A stretch of 63,301 bases of DNA, counting the filler, from Bigelowiella natans CCMP2755 (Eukaryota > Protista > Cercozoa), in assembly GCA_000320545.1 (NCBI GenBank). It is 4 parts of 4 records of this genome, joined end to end, with 100 filler letters (N's around TTAATTAATTAA, not from the genome) between each part and the next. Parts side by side here need not be neighbours in the genome. Positions count along the whole stretch, not along the records: positions 26,285 to 54,064 come from ADNK01003245.1; 3 more parts are not named here. One strand, 5' to 3'. The first letter of the stretch is position 1, and each line of letters starts with the position of its first letter. Below, piece by piece: positions 31,711 to 44,869 of the stretch. Made by a program: the position numbers and the translations under genes. Under the pieces are notes generated by a model, which did no database searches, had not been told where the DNA came from, and saw only the letters and a program-made list of their open reading frames with translations.

Positions 31711-34679
31711 AATTTCATATTTTATTGCTTGTGTGTGTGTGTATATGTTGTACAAAAGGCCTTATCTCTTTTGGGGTCTTTTACGGTGGTGGTTGACCGC
31801 ACATGCAAGAATGGCGAACAAGGCTGGACCCAGGTACATTTCGAATCAACTCCTTCAAGAGGGAGGGATATTGTATTCGCAAGGACGCTCTTGCTCACTT
31901 GCTCCTCCCCGTTGTCCCTGGCGACATTTGCGACTAACAAACTTGTACTACAGGCACTAGAGGCCGTGGCCAAGATAGCACCGAAAGCTCCGATGATGCG
32001 AGGAATCACGCTCATTTTCTGCGGAAACGGGCTGGTTTCGAGCACGGATGTGTACAATAGCATCAACAACAGGGAGACGATTGAAGAGGTAGTTGCAGAG
32101 TGTGATTTCAGTGCACCTTCGATTCTTTACGGAAATGTACCGATAACCCCCCCTTCCCTCCCCCCCCCCCCCCCCCCCCCCCCTTGCCCTTCTCTGTCTT
32201 TCGTGGTCCTTTCAACCAGATCTTCGAGGCCGAGGCGAAGAAGATCGAAGAAGCCGCCACGCACGAGGAGCAGGAACTAAAGCGAATCGAAGAGGGTAAG
32301 CTCGCTCCTCGGCCAGACGACTTTGAAGAAAAGCGAAAAGGCCCGAGCGCGGGCCTCGTCGCCGCAATCCAATCGCTGTTTGAACGGTAGTCACTAGATG
32401 CACTAACGAGAGGCGATTTCGAAAGAGAACGCTGCCTTTTTATTTTGGCCCGCGACGACATAGTAGCCATCATCGACGCGCCGCGAGGCAAACGCGCCTT
32501 CGCCAGGCTTGCAGCAGCGATTTAGATGAGACGAATCGTGAGCTGAAGGCACGAGGCAATCTGCGTCGAGCTTAGTGACATCTCAATTGCACCAATGACC
32601 GTCCGCGTCCCCCTCCCCTCCTCCTCAACGAGCAGGTTTCGTAAGAACCGTCGCCGAGAAAGCGTGTTCATGATTCTGGGAAGCCTCCCGGAGCAGAAGA
32701 TGCGTGATTTGACCCAGCAAGAGATCGTCCGTATCACGAGGAGAATCTCGCAGTTGCCCCAAGCTTTCTCCCTCACAATGGCACAGGTGTTGATTTCTCC
32801 CCCCCCCCCCCCACGAACAAGTATACCTTCCATGAGGCACACTGTCAACAGCGGAAACGTTCTTTTCTGCGACACCGATGCTGCTCACTACTTCGCGCGC
32901 GCATACACACATATACACATACGCACACACACACACACACTCGCACGCGCACAAGGCCGACGCATTGCATTCCTCCTCCACTCCCGCGATCCGTTGAGGA
33001 AAGATGAGTCGCCGCTTCCTCTGAAGTTTGCCTTTCGCTAAAATGCCCAGGTCGGAACAGAGCCCGGGCTCGGAGAATGGCTGAATACCCTTGATCGCGA
33101 CCTCGTGCATATGGGAGCGAAGGCAGACATCGTCGACGTGATTGCGGCGCCGCAGCTCACGGGGGTTGGTTTATCCGAGACTCTTGAGCTGTGTCTCAAG
33201 ACAGATTCCTCTGGATACGCCTCGGGTTGCACGGATTGGAAGAGCGGGGATAAGTCTAGCAGGAGGAAGAAGAAGGCAGTTAAAGGAAGGTTCTTGATGT
33301 CAACGACGATTGTGTTGCGTGCAGCTTGCTTGTGTGTGCAGCTTCCCTTCCTGTGCCGGCCGGCGTTTGTTTTGTTTTGCGTGTGCGTGTGCGTGTGCGT
33401 GTGCGTGTGTGCGTGCGCGTGCGCGTGCGCGTGCGGATGAGAATGAGCAAATATATGGATGAATAGCGTGCAATGGATGATATCAACTTTCTTTTTGAAA
33501 TTTTGATTCAGTACGACAAAGCTGCTCTCAACCTCTTATGCTGACGAAGACGAGGAGGAAGAGAATGGCGGTGACGGGTATCTCCAATTCGTTGATTGTA
33601 CTGGAGGTGTGTTTTCACGTTTTCCCCCATCATCGAATACGCAGAGAGTTTCTATACGTGATGCAGCATTTCTCGCATTACAGAACAAACTATGAAGTAT
33701 ATATCAGATGTATACTCACCGGTGAAGAGTCGCTGGGCTATGCAAATAAGAGCGCTCTCTTTTTTTTGGGGGGGGGCGGGGAAATCCACAGCATTTTCTT
33801 CCTCCTTTTTTTTACCCAAAAATTCGTCGTAATTATTGCGAGCTCGCGCAGCGCATGCCCGCCGCTTCCTGAAGAATCAGCAGGGGTCACATCGGACAGC
33901 AAGGTTCATGTTTTCGTACGATGCTGCTGCTGCTGCTGCTGTTTACAAGGTTACCGATTCTGTTTCGATAAGCCGACGGGCAGCCTTGCTCCCAAAACCT
34001 CCCAGAAGATATGGTTCTCCTTCTGCACCGAGATCGTCGCTACGCATCGCTTCCACGTGAGGGCCACGCTCTCAGCAGCGAAGGACAAGAAAGGTTGGTT
34101 GGGCATCACGCGTGCGTGCGTATGCGCGAGTGCGTCTTCAGTTGAGGGAAGAGGGAGAGAGAGAGAGAAAGAGAGAGAGGGGGGGGGGGGAGACAGATAT
34201 ATTTATGCCTGTATTTGAGCGTTGTTGCCCCCTCCCCCGCTCTTCTTTTCCTTCCAACATACCTCAGGCGACCCTGTAAGCCACACGATGCCGGACAAAA
34301 TCACCTGCGAAAGCATAATCGCAGCCGACGGCTACTACCCAAAGATGCTCGTACGCGACGCGTACATGCCTAACCGCACGAGGGACGAGGCGTGGGGAAA
34401 GCTGAACCTGCCAAGAATTAACAAAGAGTTGATGGGGCCTCTCAGTGATGAGGAGAGAGGTGCGCTATTGATCGTGATTATCCGAACAACTACACACACA
34501 CTCACACTCACACTCACACTCACACTCACACAACAAAGAATCGTCCACGAGCCTCAATAACCGTTTTTGCCTTCGTTAGCCTTGAACGCGGAGCGTGTGA
34601 GCACTATCTTCAAGAGCATCGACGTAGCACAGCGTTTGAAACGATTCACGCTCAGGTGCGTGCGTGTGCGTGTGTGTGT

Positions 34680-34727
<48 letters not shown>

Positions 34728-36071
34728 GACGCGTCTCATCACCGTATTTACACACAACCACACCTATACAATAAAATACAACTGAAACAACACGAATTTC
34801 GAAACGCATCTTATTTATCCAAATATACCTCGCCACGCACGCAATGACGACGGCAGTCGGTGAGTGAAGTGATGATACTGCTCTTGTTCCTTGTGGCCTT
34901 CTCTGCAGATTCGGCCCCGGTGCTCGAGATAGCATGCCGGATATTGCGTATCTGGAGCTGTTCAACCCAGGGCACTTCGCCTGTGACTGGCAGCTTCACT
35001 TCCCGGACGAATCTGTGAGCGCCGCGCGACGGATATACACACAAACATACATTCATCCCCGCACTAGCAATGGAGAAGTTGTTGCTGGTTTGGTCGAGAA
35101 TACATGCACGCTCACGCGCAGGAGCAAGCCACGTGAAACGGCACACCTGCACGCGAACATGGACACACGCGCACACAACTAGCATTGTCCAGTATATGGA
35201 ATGTTCAAAAACAACAACAAACTTACAACACTTAGATCGTCGAGGCCGAACACTGGGCGACCATGCAAACGACAACGCGAGCGGAGTTAGTCCGTGCAGC
35301 CATTGTGGCAAAGAAGGTGAGGGCTGCTGTTATAATAGCGTCATTGCAATCTCCTTTCAAGGATCCCTCCCTCTCTCTCTCTACCTCTCTCTCTCACTCT
35401 CTACCCCTTTCTCTCTCTCCCTCTCTCCCTCTAACAGACACACACACGCACACGCACGCGCGCGCGCGCAAGAACATACACAAAACACGCACACGCACGC
35501 ACAAACGGACATGGTCGTTCTTCAGGTATTCACGGCATCACAGAAGTCCGGGACGCTTCTTCCAGGCGAGAGCGTTAGCATTCAGCTGGGGTATCCTTCA
35601 TTTTTTTCCAAGCGAGCCATAAAAAAAAGACGATATCTCTCATCAACTGTATACAGCATTCACAACCTTGATCCTACGAGACCGCCTACCAATCACGTGC
35701 TCGTTTGATTGCTCGTTTTCTTCCCCGTTTCAACCTTAGTTACACGCACACCTTCGTCGGAAGCCACAGGCTCGAGCTCGTCCTTCAAATCAAACACGGC
35801 AAATGGGTCAGCCATCCCCCTTCGCTGATTGCGTTTTTCGCGCTCTGGCAAACACACACACACACACACACACACACTAACACTAACACCGACACACGTA
35901 TATGAAAATAATTTCTGTCGTATATCTTGCCAGATAACTTTGGATCTTTTCGGGTCCACACTGGCCGCCTTCCCTCCGATACTGGCAGTGCCGACCCATG
36001 CGCAAAGCCATGTCTTCACACCGCAACCGCTCGGTCTCACGCTCCCCGGAAAGCAAACGGCAGCGGTATAT

Positions 36072-36157
<86 letters not shown>

Positions 36158-37710
36158 TACCCATGCAAGCCACTGATGATAATACGCGGTGTTGATCAAA
36201 TGGCCTGCACACCTAAAACGACTCATATTCGCGACGACTATTAGATATCCGAGGCGCATGCGATGATGGCTCCGATCCAGACGTACAAGCTGCAGAACGA
36301 TTCTGAGAACACGCTCCACTACCGCGTGGAGACAGCAAACCTCGAAAAGCTTCGTCGGGCCGCGCACGGCATCCAGGTAGACTATGGTGATCGTGGATAT
36401 AGATGAAAGATGCGAATCGCAGAAGTCTAGCACGGAAAGCGCCCTGCCGCGACGCAAGGGACGGTGTCGATCCCGGCAGCGCCAACACTGTGGTTTTGTT
36501 TGGTTTGGTTCGGATCTCTGTTTTGCATGCTTGTGAGGGGCGAGAGCCATTATTGCGCTGTCGCAGCAGTTCTGTTATCCTCGGCTCTTTCCAGCTCTTT
36601 ACAGCTCTTTGCGTATTGCACCGCCGCGGCTTGATGTTGAATTTTTTTGCTTCTCAGGTTCTCTCCTTGGTCAATCCTACTGGGGAAATTCCGCCGTTTT
36701 CTAGCGCATATCTGCGGTACAACTTCTCCCCCCCCCCCCCCCTCCTCCCAATTTAGTGCTGCTTAATCCCTTGTCGCTATGATGGTGCTCATCCCTATGG
36801 AGATAGAAACAGACCCCAAAAGCCTTAATAGAGGGGCGGTCGTCAAGCTCGTGCGTGTTATTGCATTAAATCGTTGCTGCGATGTTCTTTGCTATGCCTC
36901 TGTACTATGCTAGGTTTCGCTTTAGGCCAGCGGAGGACCGCATGTATTATGTGGTGCTTCCCATCTCCTGCAAAGAATCACCTGGCATTTCTGATAAAAT
37001 CATCTTCTGCGGCCGCGGGTAAGGAAACGATCCAAAAACTTAGTTCCGAGCGGGCAAAGCGAGCGCGCTGCACGCTACTCGACGTTTGTCGCAATTTTAT
37101 GACACATCCAAAAGCACCGCGTCGCGGTGCTGAATGAAGTGCTGTCGTGCGTTGAGAAGCATTGTTAATTGTAACTTGCCATTGGCTACATAGTGCCACG
37201 AGTTCATTTTCACATGTTTTACGTTCTTAGATACCACGCAACGCTCTCGCCAAACAAGGCGGCTTCGTCTCCATTGAACCCGCCATTGATCGTCGGAAGT
37301 TCTGAGGATGATTCTGGTTGTTGGAACGGCTTTCGCGCTATGCGTATGCGCTGTTTGCTGTTAGCGTGCAGTCGTAGTGCTGTTTGTTTGCGTTGCCCGT
37401 TATGTAATCGTGTTTATACCCCCTTAGGTGGGGAGATCGAAAGCAAATTCAAGCGCGCTGATTCGAAGCGGTAAATTGGCGTGTTTACTCTCCCTTGCGT
37501 TTTCTCTCTCCCTTCCTCTCTCTCTCCCTCGTCTACCCCCTCTTACCTGCGAGCGAAAACCCAGTTCTTAACTCGGCGATGGGAACATAATTTCCTTCAT
37601 CCCTCTAGACTGATGCCGCTGACGACGACCCTGAGGCAGCAGCTACAGCAACCAAGCGTAATGGAGCGGATAACTGATCTAATGGCCTCAACGGCGGTCA
37701 TCGACAACGT
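26336..37710 (+). CDS. CFAP65: Cilia- and flagella-associated protein 65-like (MSP/ASH-type Ig-like repeats), many exons, 5' partial
   Basis: Exons DLGDVEFGKTSRAFITLRN, FTCMLNYSKPL, TLFFKPTSRGTCARNQITLVNLSR, LTWTFTPRSLKHY, WGKLNLPRINKEL, LELFNPGHFACDWQLHFPDE, LSYTHTFVGSHRLELVLQIKHGK, PIQTYKLQN and LVNPTGEIPP follow the CFAP65/CCDC108 motif order as I recall it. Boundaries approximate. Confidence 0.7.
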
Positions 37711-37890
37711 GAGAACTGCTAATCATCTAGTACGAAGTCGTAGGCTTGGATATGTGATGTTGCGTTTGTGTTTGCTTCGTCGGTCAAAAAAAAAAGTGCA
37801 AATTCCCGGTCGTCCCCCCCGTCTCTGCAAGCGTCAAGACGCTCGAGCAGTCTGGAAGATTCACCATCTCGCGGATTGATTGTGGGGTAG

Positions 37891-37928
<38 letters not shown>

Positions 37929-38468
37929 TTGACCTGTGCATGCGAGAGTTATGATCATCATCTTGCGCTGTTGTTGTAGCTCTTGAGCGGGGGGGGGGGG
38001 GGCGTGATCGCCTTAATTTTCGACATTTCCATCACCTTGTGTACTTAATTTGCATCTCAGAAAAAGGGTCGCTCATGCCGCTGCCTGAAGCGTTGGACGG
38101 GATTGATTCCGATACGGAGTCTTCCCCGCTGGGTGGGGACAGTCATTTCAGGGGTTTCCTTTCTTCCCTACTTCCTTTTTTGAATAGCTGAAGACCCAAT
38201 TTTGAAGGATAAATGGATGGTTTTTGGCTTTGTTTGGCATTTTTCTGGTTATCCCTGAATTCGGTCGTGATCCTGCTCTCATTAATATCTCCTTAACTAG
38301 GTGCGAGAGAAAAGGGGAGGCCCGGCTAGGAACGTTCCCCCCCACCCACCTACGCCAAACTGAGCAGCAATTTTTCTGGTGTATGCGATATATTTCAGGA
38401 TTTGCACTACCCCCCGGTTTTAAATTCTGTCCCCCGGAACCGATAAAAACCGACTTTTAAGACTACAA

Positions 38469-39394
38469 ATGTGGAGGTATATGATGGAAAGTCTCTTTTT
38501 TTTGGATGGGGCGGAGGGGGGACGGTACCCACCATGATTGATCATATTTCACTAACACGTAAACATTCACGTTCAGGAGACAATGAAACCTTGAACATGC
38601 TAATGGACGACTGTTTCCCGGTGAGAGTTGCGTACAATTACTACTTCCCCCGTTGATGACACAACGTCGCCGCCCCCAGCACCCCATCATTCGTTCCGCC
38701 AGTTTTTCATATATCAACTTCCACCGTTTATGAGCGTACAACAGTCCTAACCAGCGCCTAACTGACCGCATATCTACTCGCACGGACCAGGACCCCGTCT
38801 TTGCCAAGCTGCTAGAAAAGGCCCCTGTGGAGAAGATTCCCACGTTTCGAGAGTTAGAGGCCAAGGTGGAGAGAATACAGGCAGATCCACTAGCGAAGAC
38901 AAAGGCCATTTTGACATCGAATGGAGGTCAGTAAACAGCCCTCATGCTGATGTCGCTGCCGATAAACAAGTTATTTCTGAATGTGCCCGGGGGCCTCCTC
39001 GCCGAGTTGTGACTTTGGTCTGATATGATGATCTCTCGTGACGTGTGCGGGTATGTGCGCGCTGTAGGTGGAGACATCCCGAAAGTGGAGAGGGGCAAAA
39101 TTGTCCAAGTGGAAGATTGGAAAGCGACCCAGAAGCTGCTACCACAGATATCGCCCCGAGCTACACTCGGTAACTGAACACTGCAAACGCAACGGAAATC
39201 ACCTGCGCCTTCGCTTCGATTTCGTCGGGATACACTTATATGTGTGAGCAGAGAGAGAGGGGGGGGGGGAGGGAGAGAGAGTTTGTGTGCTTCCTTCGAG
39301 TTGTGTTGTCCTTCTCGTTCATTCATTCATTATCCTTATCAGATTCCCGGACCGCACACGAATTAATGGAGGAATTTGTTTTCAACTTGGTAGG

Positions 39395-39437
<43 letters not shown>

Positions 39438-39529
39438 CAGCTTGTTTCATATATCAAGTCGGTTGAACCAAAAAATAACGTTTCTCATATCTTGAGTAAG
39501 CTATGGAACAGAAATACTTCTTTATGATG

Positions 39530-39568
<39 letters not shown>

Positions 39569-39994
39569 CGTGTGGGGGTTGGTGGGTGTGTGTATCTGTG
39601 TGCGCTTATGCTGCACTACCAGCATTCAATATATCACCTATTTTCTTGCAATTGCATGATCAATCTCAATCAGGTTTCAGAAGCCGCATTTTCGGACTTC
39701 GATCCCACCAAACCAGCAAAACAGGTGTTGCCTCCTGCAGATCAATGCCATAATTTGATGCGATAAATGATTCTTACTATATTCCTTACTACACAAACAT
39801 TGAGCTGGCCTGTTTTTATTTTATCCTCTTCACTTCGCGATTGCACGCTCATCGATTTTTCCTCAATGCGTTTCATCTCTCACACGATCCGACACCTAGG
39901 TGGTTACCGAGGGTTTGGACATTATGTCTCTGCCTCCGTCCGTGCCGCCATCAAGAATGGGGCGTCTCACTGGACGCCCATCAGGAAGATCTAA
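38469..39994 (+). CDS. Hypothetical protein, multi-exon
   Basis: Coding-like exons (DPVLAKLLEKAPVEKIPTFRELEAKVERI; GDIPKVERGKIVQVEDWK; GGYRGFGHYVSASVRAAIKNGASHWTPIRKI*) bounded by GT/AG; no family recognised. Confidence 0.55.
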
Positions 39995-40059
39995 CTGGTC
40001 TGGAAGCGGGCGTCAATCTGGAAGAAAGTCTCTAGGAGGATATTAGCATGTTCCATGCT

Positions 40060-40950
40060 ACGGCAATGAATTCAACCATGATTACATTCGTTCCTCAACA
40101 TCGCCAAGTCTAAAAACGGACATGCATCTAGATATGCACAGATTTGGCGCGCAACGAAAAGGGTTTTCAACATGGCAAGTGTGCTTCATTGTGTGGAGCA
40201 CCGTTGCTCATCAACGTAGCATCTGGACATATAGCTAGCTAGTCATCACTATCGTCGCGCGCGGTCAATTTGCTTGCTGCTAGCTTGGTCATCTGCGGTA
40301 GATGTAGCCTTAGATGCGCATTTGCATGGTTCTCAGAGACACATATATGTGTGCATATGTGTGCTTTGTCTCTTATCTGCTTGCACCCGTACTACGTGTG
40401 TATTAAAAAGTTTATCTCTTAGGGTTCTCATGGTCAATGCATGCCAGCATGTAGCTACTGTAGCCGCGTTCATGCATCGCATGCGTTCTAGCGTTGCTAG
40501 CGTTGGCTACGCGCACAAGCGAGCAAGGTTTGCGTTATTCAGATGCTGTCTAGGTGAGGGTGTGGTAGCGTGGTCGCTCCCTCTAGGCCGGTCTCTAGGG
40601 TCTAGCGATGCGCATGTCAAATCATGCTAGCATGCACCACATGCCACACGCGATGATGCCGCGCTAGCGCGTCTAGCGTGCTAGCGCACGCCATGGAGGT
40701 CTAGAAGTGCCATCATGCGCTGTGCACATTTCTAGATTTGTGAAGTGTGGTCTGGTCTAGTGGTCTAGTAGTAGTGAGCGTTTTTTTGACACAATTCTAG
40801 AATTACTTAGCACACGCGTGCAATGAGCAAATGCGAAGTTCGTCGATAACAATCCCAATTTGTGGTGTGCCATCCTACTAGCCTAGCTAGCGAGCATCAG
40901 ACATCACTAGAATAGCGACATGACAGCATGTGGCGTTGTGATGCACGCTA
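40060..40950. other. TpA-depleted, CTAG-rich intergenic tract between convergent genes
   Basis: From ~40540 nearly all TA occur as CTAG or TAG (gctagcgcgtctagcgtgctagc; ctactagcctagctagc). Confidence 0.85.
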
Positions 40951-41191
40951 GTAAACGCGCGGCCCTACCACGTATCGTAGCAAGTAGAGACACAACGTAT
41001 ACACACTGCAAGCTGTACGTGACGCCGTAGCATGCAGGCAAACGTGGTATACATACATTGTGCTGTACATGCCATATACTCTATCTATATCTACCAGCAT
41101 GAAATGATGGGGTATATTACTAGCCATAAACAAATAATATTAACTTGCATTTGTCGCGGTTGGGTAAAGCATTATGCTACTTACGCGATGC

Positions 41192-43130
41192 TTACCCACG
41201 ACACGAACGCTGAGTGTCCAACGAGAAAATTGCATCTTCATCAAAACTCCAAGAGGAAGTAGAGCTATCACTATCATTAGTTACTCCAACCATTGTGGTT
41301 GGAATAGTCGTTGCAGATCGCAGGTTCGTGTTCACGGGCTTTATCAATAGATGGATTCCGCTGGCTGATTTCATCCGTTTGTCAAGGTTAGCCTTTTGCC
41401 AGTCTAGAACACGTGATTTGTTTTTGAAACTGAACCGAGAGGTATTTTCACGTTGCAATTTATCTATAAAACTTTCTCGTAGCATCCTCGTACTATCTTC
41501 AGGACTTTTCCATCTTCGTAACCGGCTTCTTCTCCTATTTTGGTTTAGGCGAGCTTTACGTTTATATTTTCGAATATAATCACTTGATTTTGCCGTGTTA
41601 TCGTTTAAGAAAGCTTGAATCCTTGCCACAATTTTCCCGCATTTTTTTAAGCCATCTGCTACTGTCTTGCTATCTATCTGATAAAACAAAAGCACCTGAA
41701 CATGTGAACGTTTTTAAAATATATCTGCCAAGGAACCCTATAGTTTCATACGTTAGCTATGTTGCTTGTGCATTGAACATTGAACATTGAATGTATAATA
41801 AAAAAGGACGCACCGGGGGGTTAGCAAGGTTTGTGTTCGACCCAAGTTGGCGTTTCATATCCGAGGAACTCTCACCCAAAAGAATATTAATCTGTGTCCT
41901 TCGCCTATCAATGTAATAATAAATTGATAGATTTTTAAATCTCCAATTTGTGTTGCATCCATAGAAATGAATACCTCTTCTTTTGCGATGTACGAGCAAG
42001 TAGTTCGCCTCTCACCTGTGGAAGCTTCTGAAATTTGATACATTTCATTCCCTCATAATGATCGGCACATTGCCGTAATGGTGAAAGAAGTGCTGCTATG
42101 TAGAGCCGGAATTCCTTTAAAGCCTGTTGTTCAGACCGCAGCACTTTGATGCACTCACTAATCATCTGGGCCATCTGCCAACATCTACGATATTCTTTCC
42201 TTCGTATATCGAAACTGTACTTGTTTCCACCACCTCTGTGAACAAAGGAAAATAATCAACGTGTATCACCAGTATTAGGGGGTACTTGAATTATGCCTCG
42301 AAATCTTGCTATTGCTATTTTTTGAATTGAAGTTACTTTTGCTCTGAGAGAACAAGAGATTTACCTGCCCTGGAAAAGGACACATTTGTCAAATATGTAG
42401 CATTAATTTTAACGATAACTTTTTAACAACTTTCTCCACGCGGTGTCGAGATGAATGATCCAGCTATCTTGTTCGTTTTGAAAATCGAGAGGTGGCACAT
42501 CTCTTAGTTCATCAATATGAGCTCTTAGTCTATCCCCAAACTGGTCCGCTAGTTCTAGGACCTATTGATTTAACTCGATTTCATGCTCCTGAAACAATTA
42601 GTTTAGAGTTTGGAGGTGATACCTTCTTCAATGTTTTTTTTGATCGGTTAACTGCACAGTCTATTAGTCTCAAAAATTTATGATCTAGGGTAGAGAACCT
42701 GCGAAGAAAAATGGAGAATGATAAATTCTCACATTGAAAGGGGGGATGAAAAGGATCACCCTTGCATAAACTTTATTAATTGAGAAGCTTCCTCTAATAC
42801 TTCTTCACTTGCTATCTGGGAAGTTATGATGTTATGATTATCAATGTGTAAATCCTTTTTAAATTATTTCTCTGCTAAGCTCGAGATTATAATGCAAATC
42901 GGTTTGCCACAATCACATTCAATTACATGATTTTCAGAAGTGTCATTCCAACAGAAATTTTGGTCGGGATTGAAAGGAAGATGGCTTTGATTTTTGCCTT
43001 TGAATGAAGGACTAGCCGAGCCGCAATTTTTCATCTGGTAGCAACTATCAAAATCAAAACTCAAATCCAGTATAAATTATATGTCAGACTTGTTGACAAA
43101 TAAAACAAAGTACTCTTCAAGAATCTTGAT
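41192..43130 (-). CDS. Hypothetical protein, multi-exon, AT-rich
   Basis: Open exons 41192-41680 (DSKTVADGLKKCGKIVARIQAFL...) and 42015-42235 (MAQMISECIKVLRSEQQALKEF...), plus further short exons upstream; start uncertain. Confidence 0.55.
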
Positions 43131-43559
43131 GATGGCTGCTACCCCAGATGTTTTAAGAATGAAATTGACTCGCGAATGGGAAAATTTTGGAACCTCCTGC
43201 GTGAAGAAACAATGTGGATGTCGTCTACATGGAAATCAGAAAATTAGCACCCACAACAGAGAGTCTAGTAGTACCTCTCCAAATGTGGATATGAATTTTC
43301 TTAGAACTTCCAGAGTTTTTCGTAGGCTTCTCTAGACATGTGTTATTTTACAAATCAGTTAGTATTTATCAGTGAAGTGAATGACACACGATGGACCTTT
43401 TCCTTTCTGCAAGAAATTACGCTTGAAAGTAGTTTCATCTCATCTTCCCATTGGTGGATTTGATCACACTAGTACATCAGACGAAAACCATGTGAATGAC
43501 AAATTTCGCGTTCTTTCTGTTTCGCCACGGCTTACACTTTGGGCAGTCTCATTCAGTCC

Positions 43560-44400
43560 TAAATCCCCCATGTTGCTGCTGAAACCCTGCTGCCGATTCG
43601 AAGGATTCATCTCACGATCTCAACGAGGGTTTGAATTTGCGAGCAAACAAAGCAGCTGGTCATTGCATCACAACCATCAGGGCAAAAGCCTGTTTCCACT
43701 GGCCCACGAGGCACAAAAATCCAGGGCATTTTCATGAGAATGTGACATCCTTCCATTGTTTTGACCGGAAATGGCCTCGTAGTTGTGCTGGAAAAGTGTG
43801 ATTTGTTTGACCGTTCTGGCCTCGATGGATGTCGCAACATCGAAAAGTGGCTTTTCCTGCTTCGAATGGCCAGCTGAATGGGCGTTTTGCTGCTGCGACA
43901 AGCACAATCCTTTCGCATGTCCAGTTCAACATCAAAACCTGTTGTGCAACAATTGTTGTTCAATCGTTTGGACCGCGCTCACGTGCGATCCCTGTTTTCA
44001 AGGACGTGCAATGCTTGGTCACGCTGACACAGCGCGAAACCTGACTGCCGCGCACGCTGTGCATGCCGCGAATGCGTGGCATGACCTGTGAGCTCGTGTG
44101 TGCAACTGAGCATGCCAGCGTGTGCGTGAACCGAAGAACTGATTCCTCAGATTGACCAGATCAATGCATGCTAGCATGCATGTTCGATGCATGTTCTGGT
44201 CTTGCAAACACCGAAAAGGTTGCAAGAAGTGGGTTGGATTGCTGTTTGATCAACTTCGACAAACGAAAACAAACTTGTGAACGTGCTTGAGTTGACTTTG
44301 TGAACACTCGTGAGGACGTGATGAGACACTAGATGAGGGAGATCCAATTTGCATCATTCTGAGCTAATTGGCCGTCTTTGTTGGGCAAAATTTACTCAAC
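43560..44400. other. TpA-depleted intergenic tract
   Basis: About four TA in ~800 bp (GTAG ~43780, CTAG ~44171 and ~44329, CTAA ~44364). Confidence 0.92.
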
Positions 44401-44869
44401 GCCTTTCTTTGTTGAATGGCTTTGACAACAAATGAGGAAAGAGGGACAGTTTTCCGGAAAGAAGCAAAACAAGTTTCTTCTGGTTGGACCTGGATGCAGT
44501 TAATGCAGCACATGAAAATGAAAGACATGATTAGAGAGGCTTATTTTGATGACGTACCGGTGAACCCTCGGGATAGGCAGCTACAGAATTCAGAGAAGGT
44601 GGAAGCGGAATTCCCGTTACAACATTTGACTAAGGGATGAAATGAAATGAATTATTCTAACCTACAGAGCGTAGGTAGTTTTAAGGGACCTGCTGTGGAA
44701 TACTTGGAAGATCTGCTGGTGTGGTAGGGATGTTTGAACCTCCAGCAGTTGCAGCTAAGTCAACACCCACTAAAGAATGTAGATTAATTTATGGTCAGCG
44801 TAAAGTAGAGATCACATTTAACAAGGTTCTATCCTCAGCTTACATATTTTAATTAGTTTTTGAAATATT

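Noticed and set aside
38355-38420. Sm-site-like AATTTTTCTGG and TTGCACTACC resembling an snRNA 3' part
   Set aside because: No conserved U1 or U2 5' sequence nearby; insufficient support.
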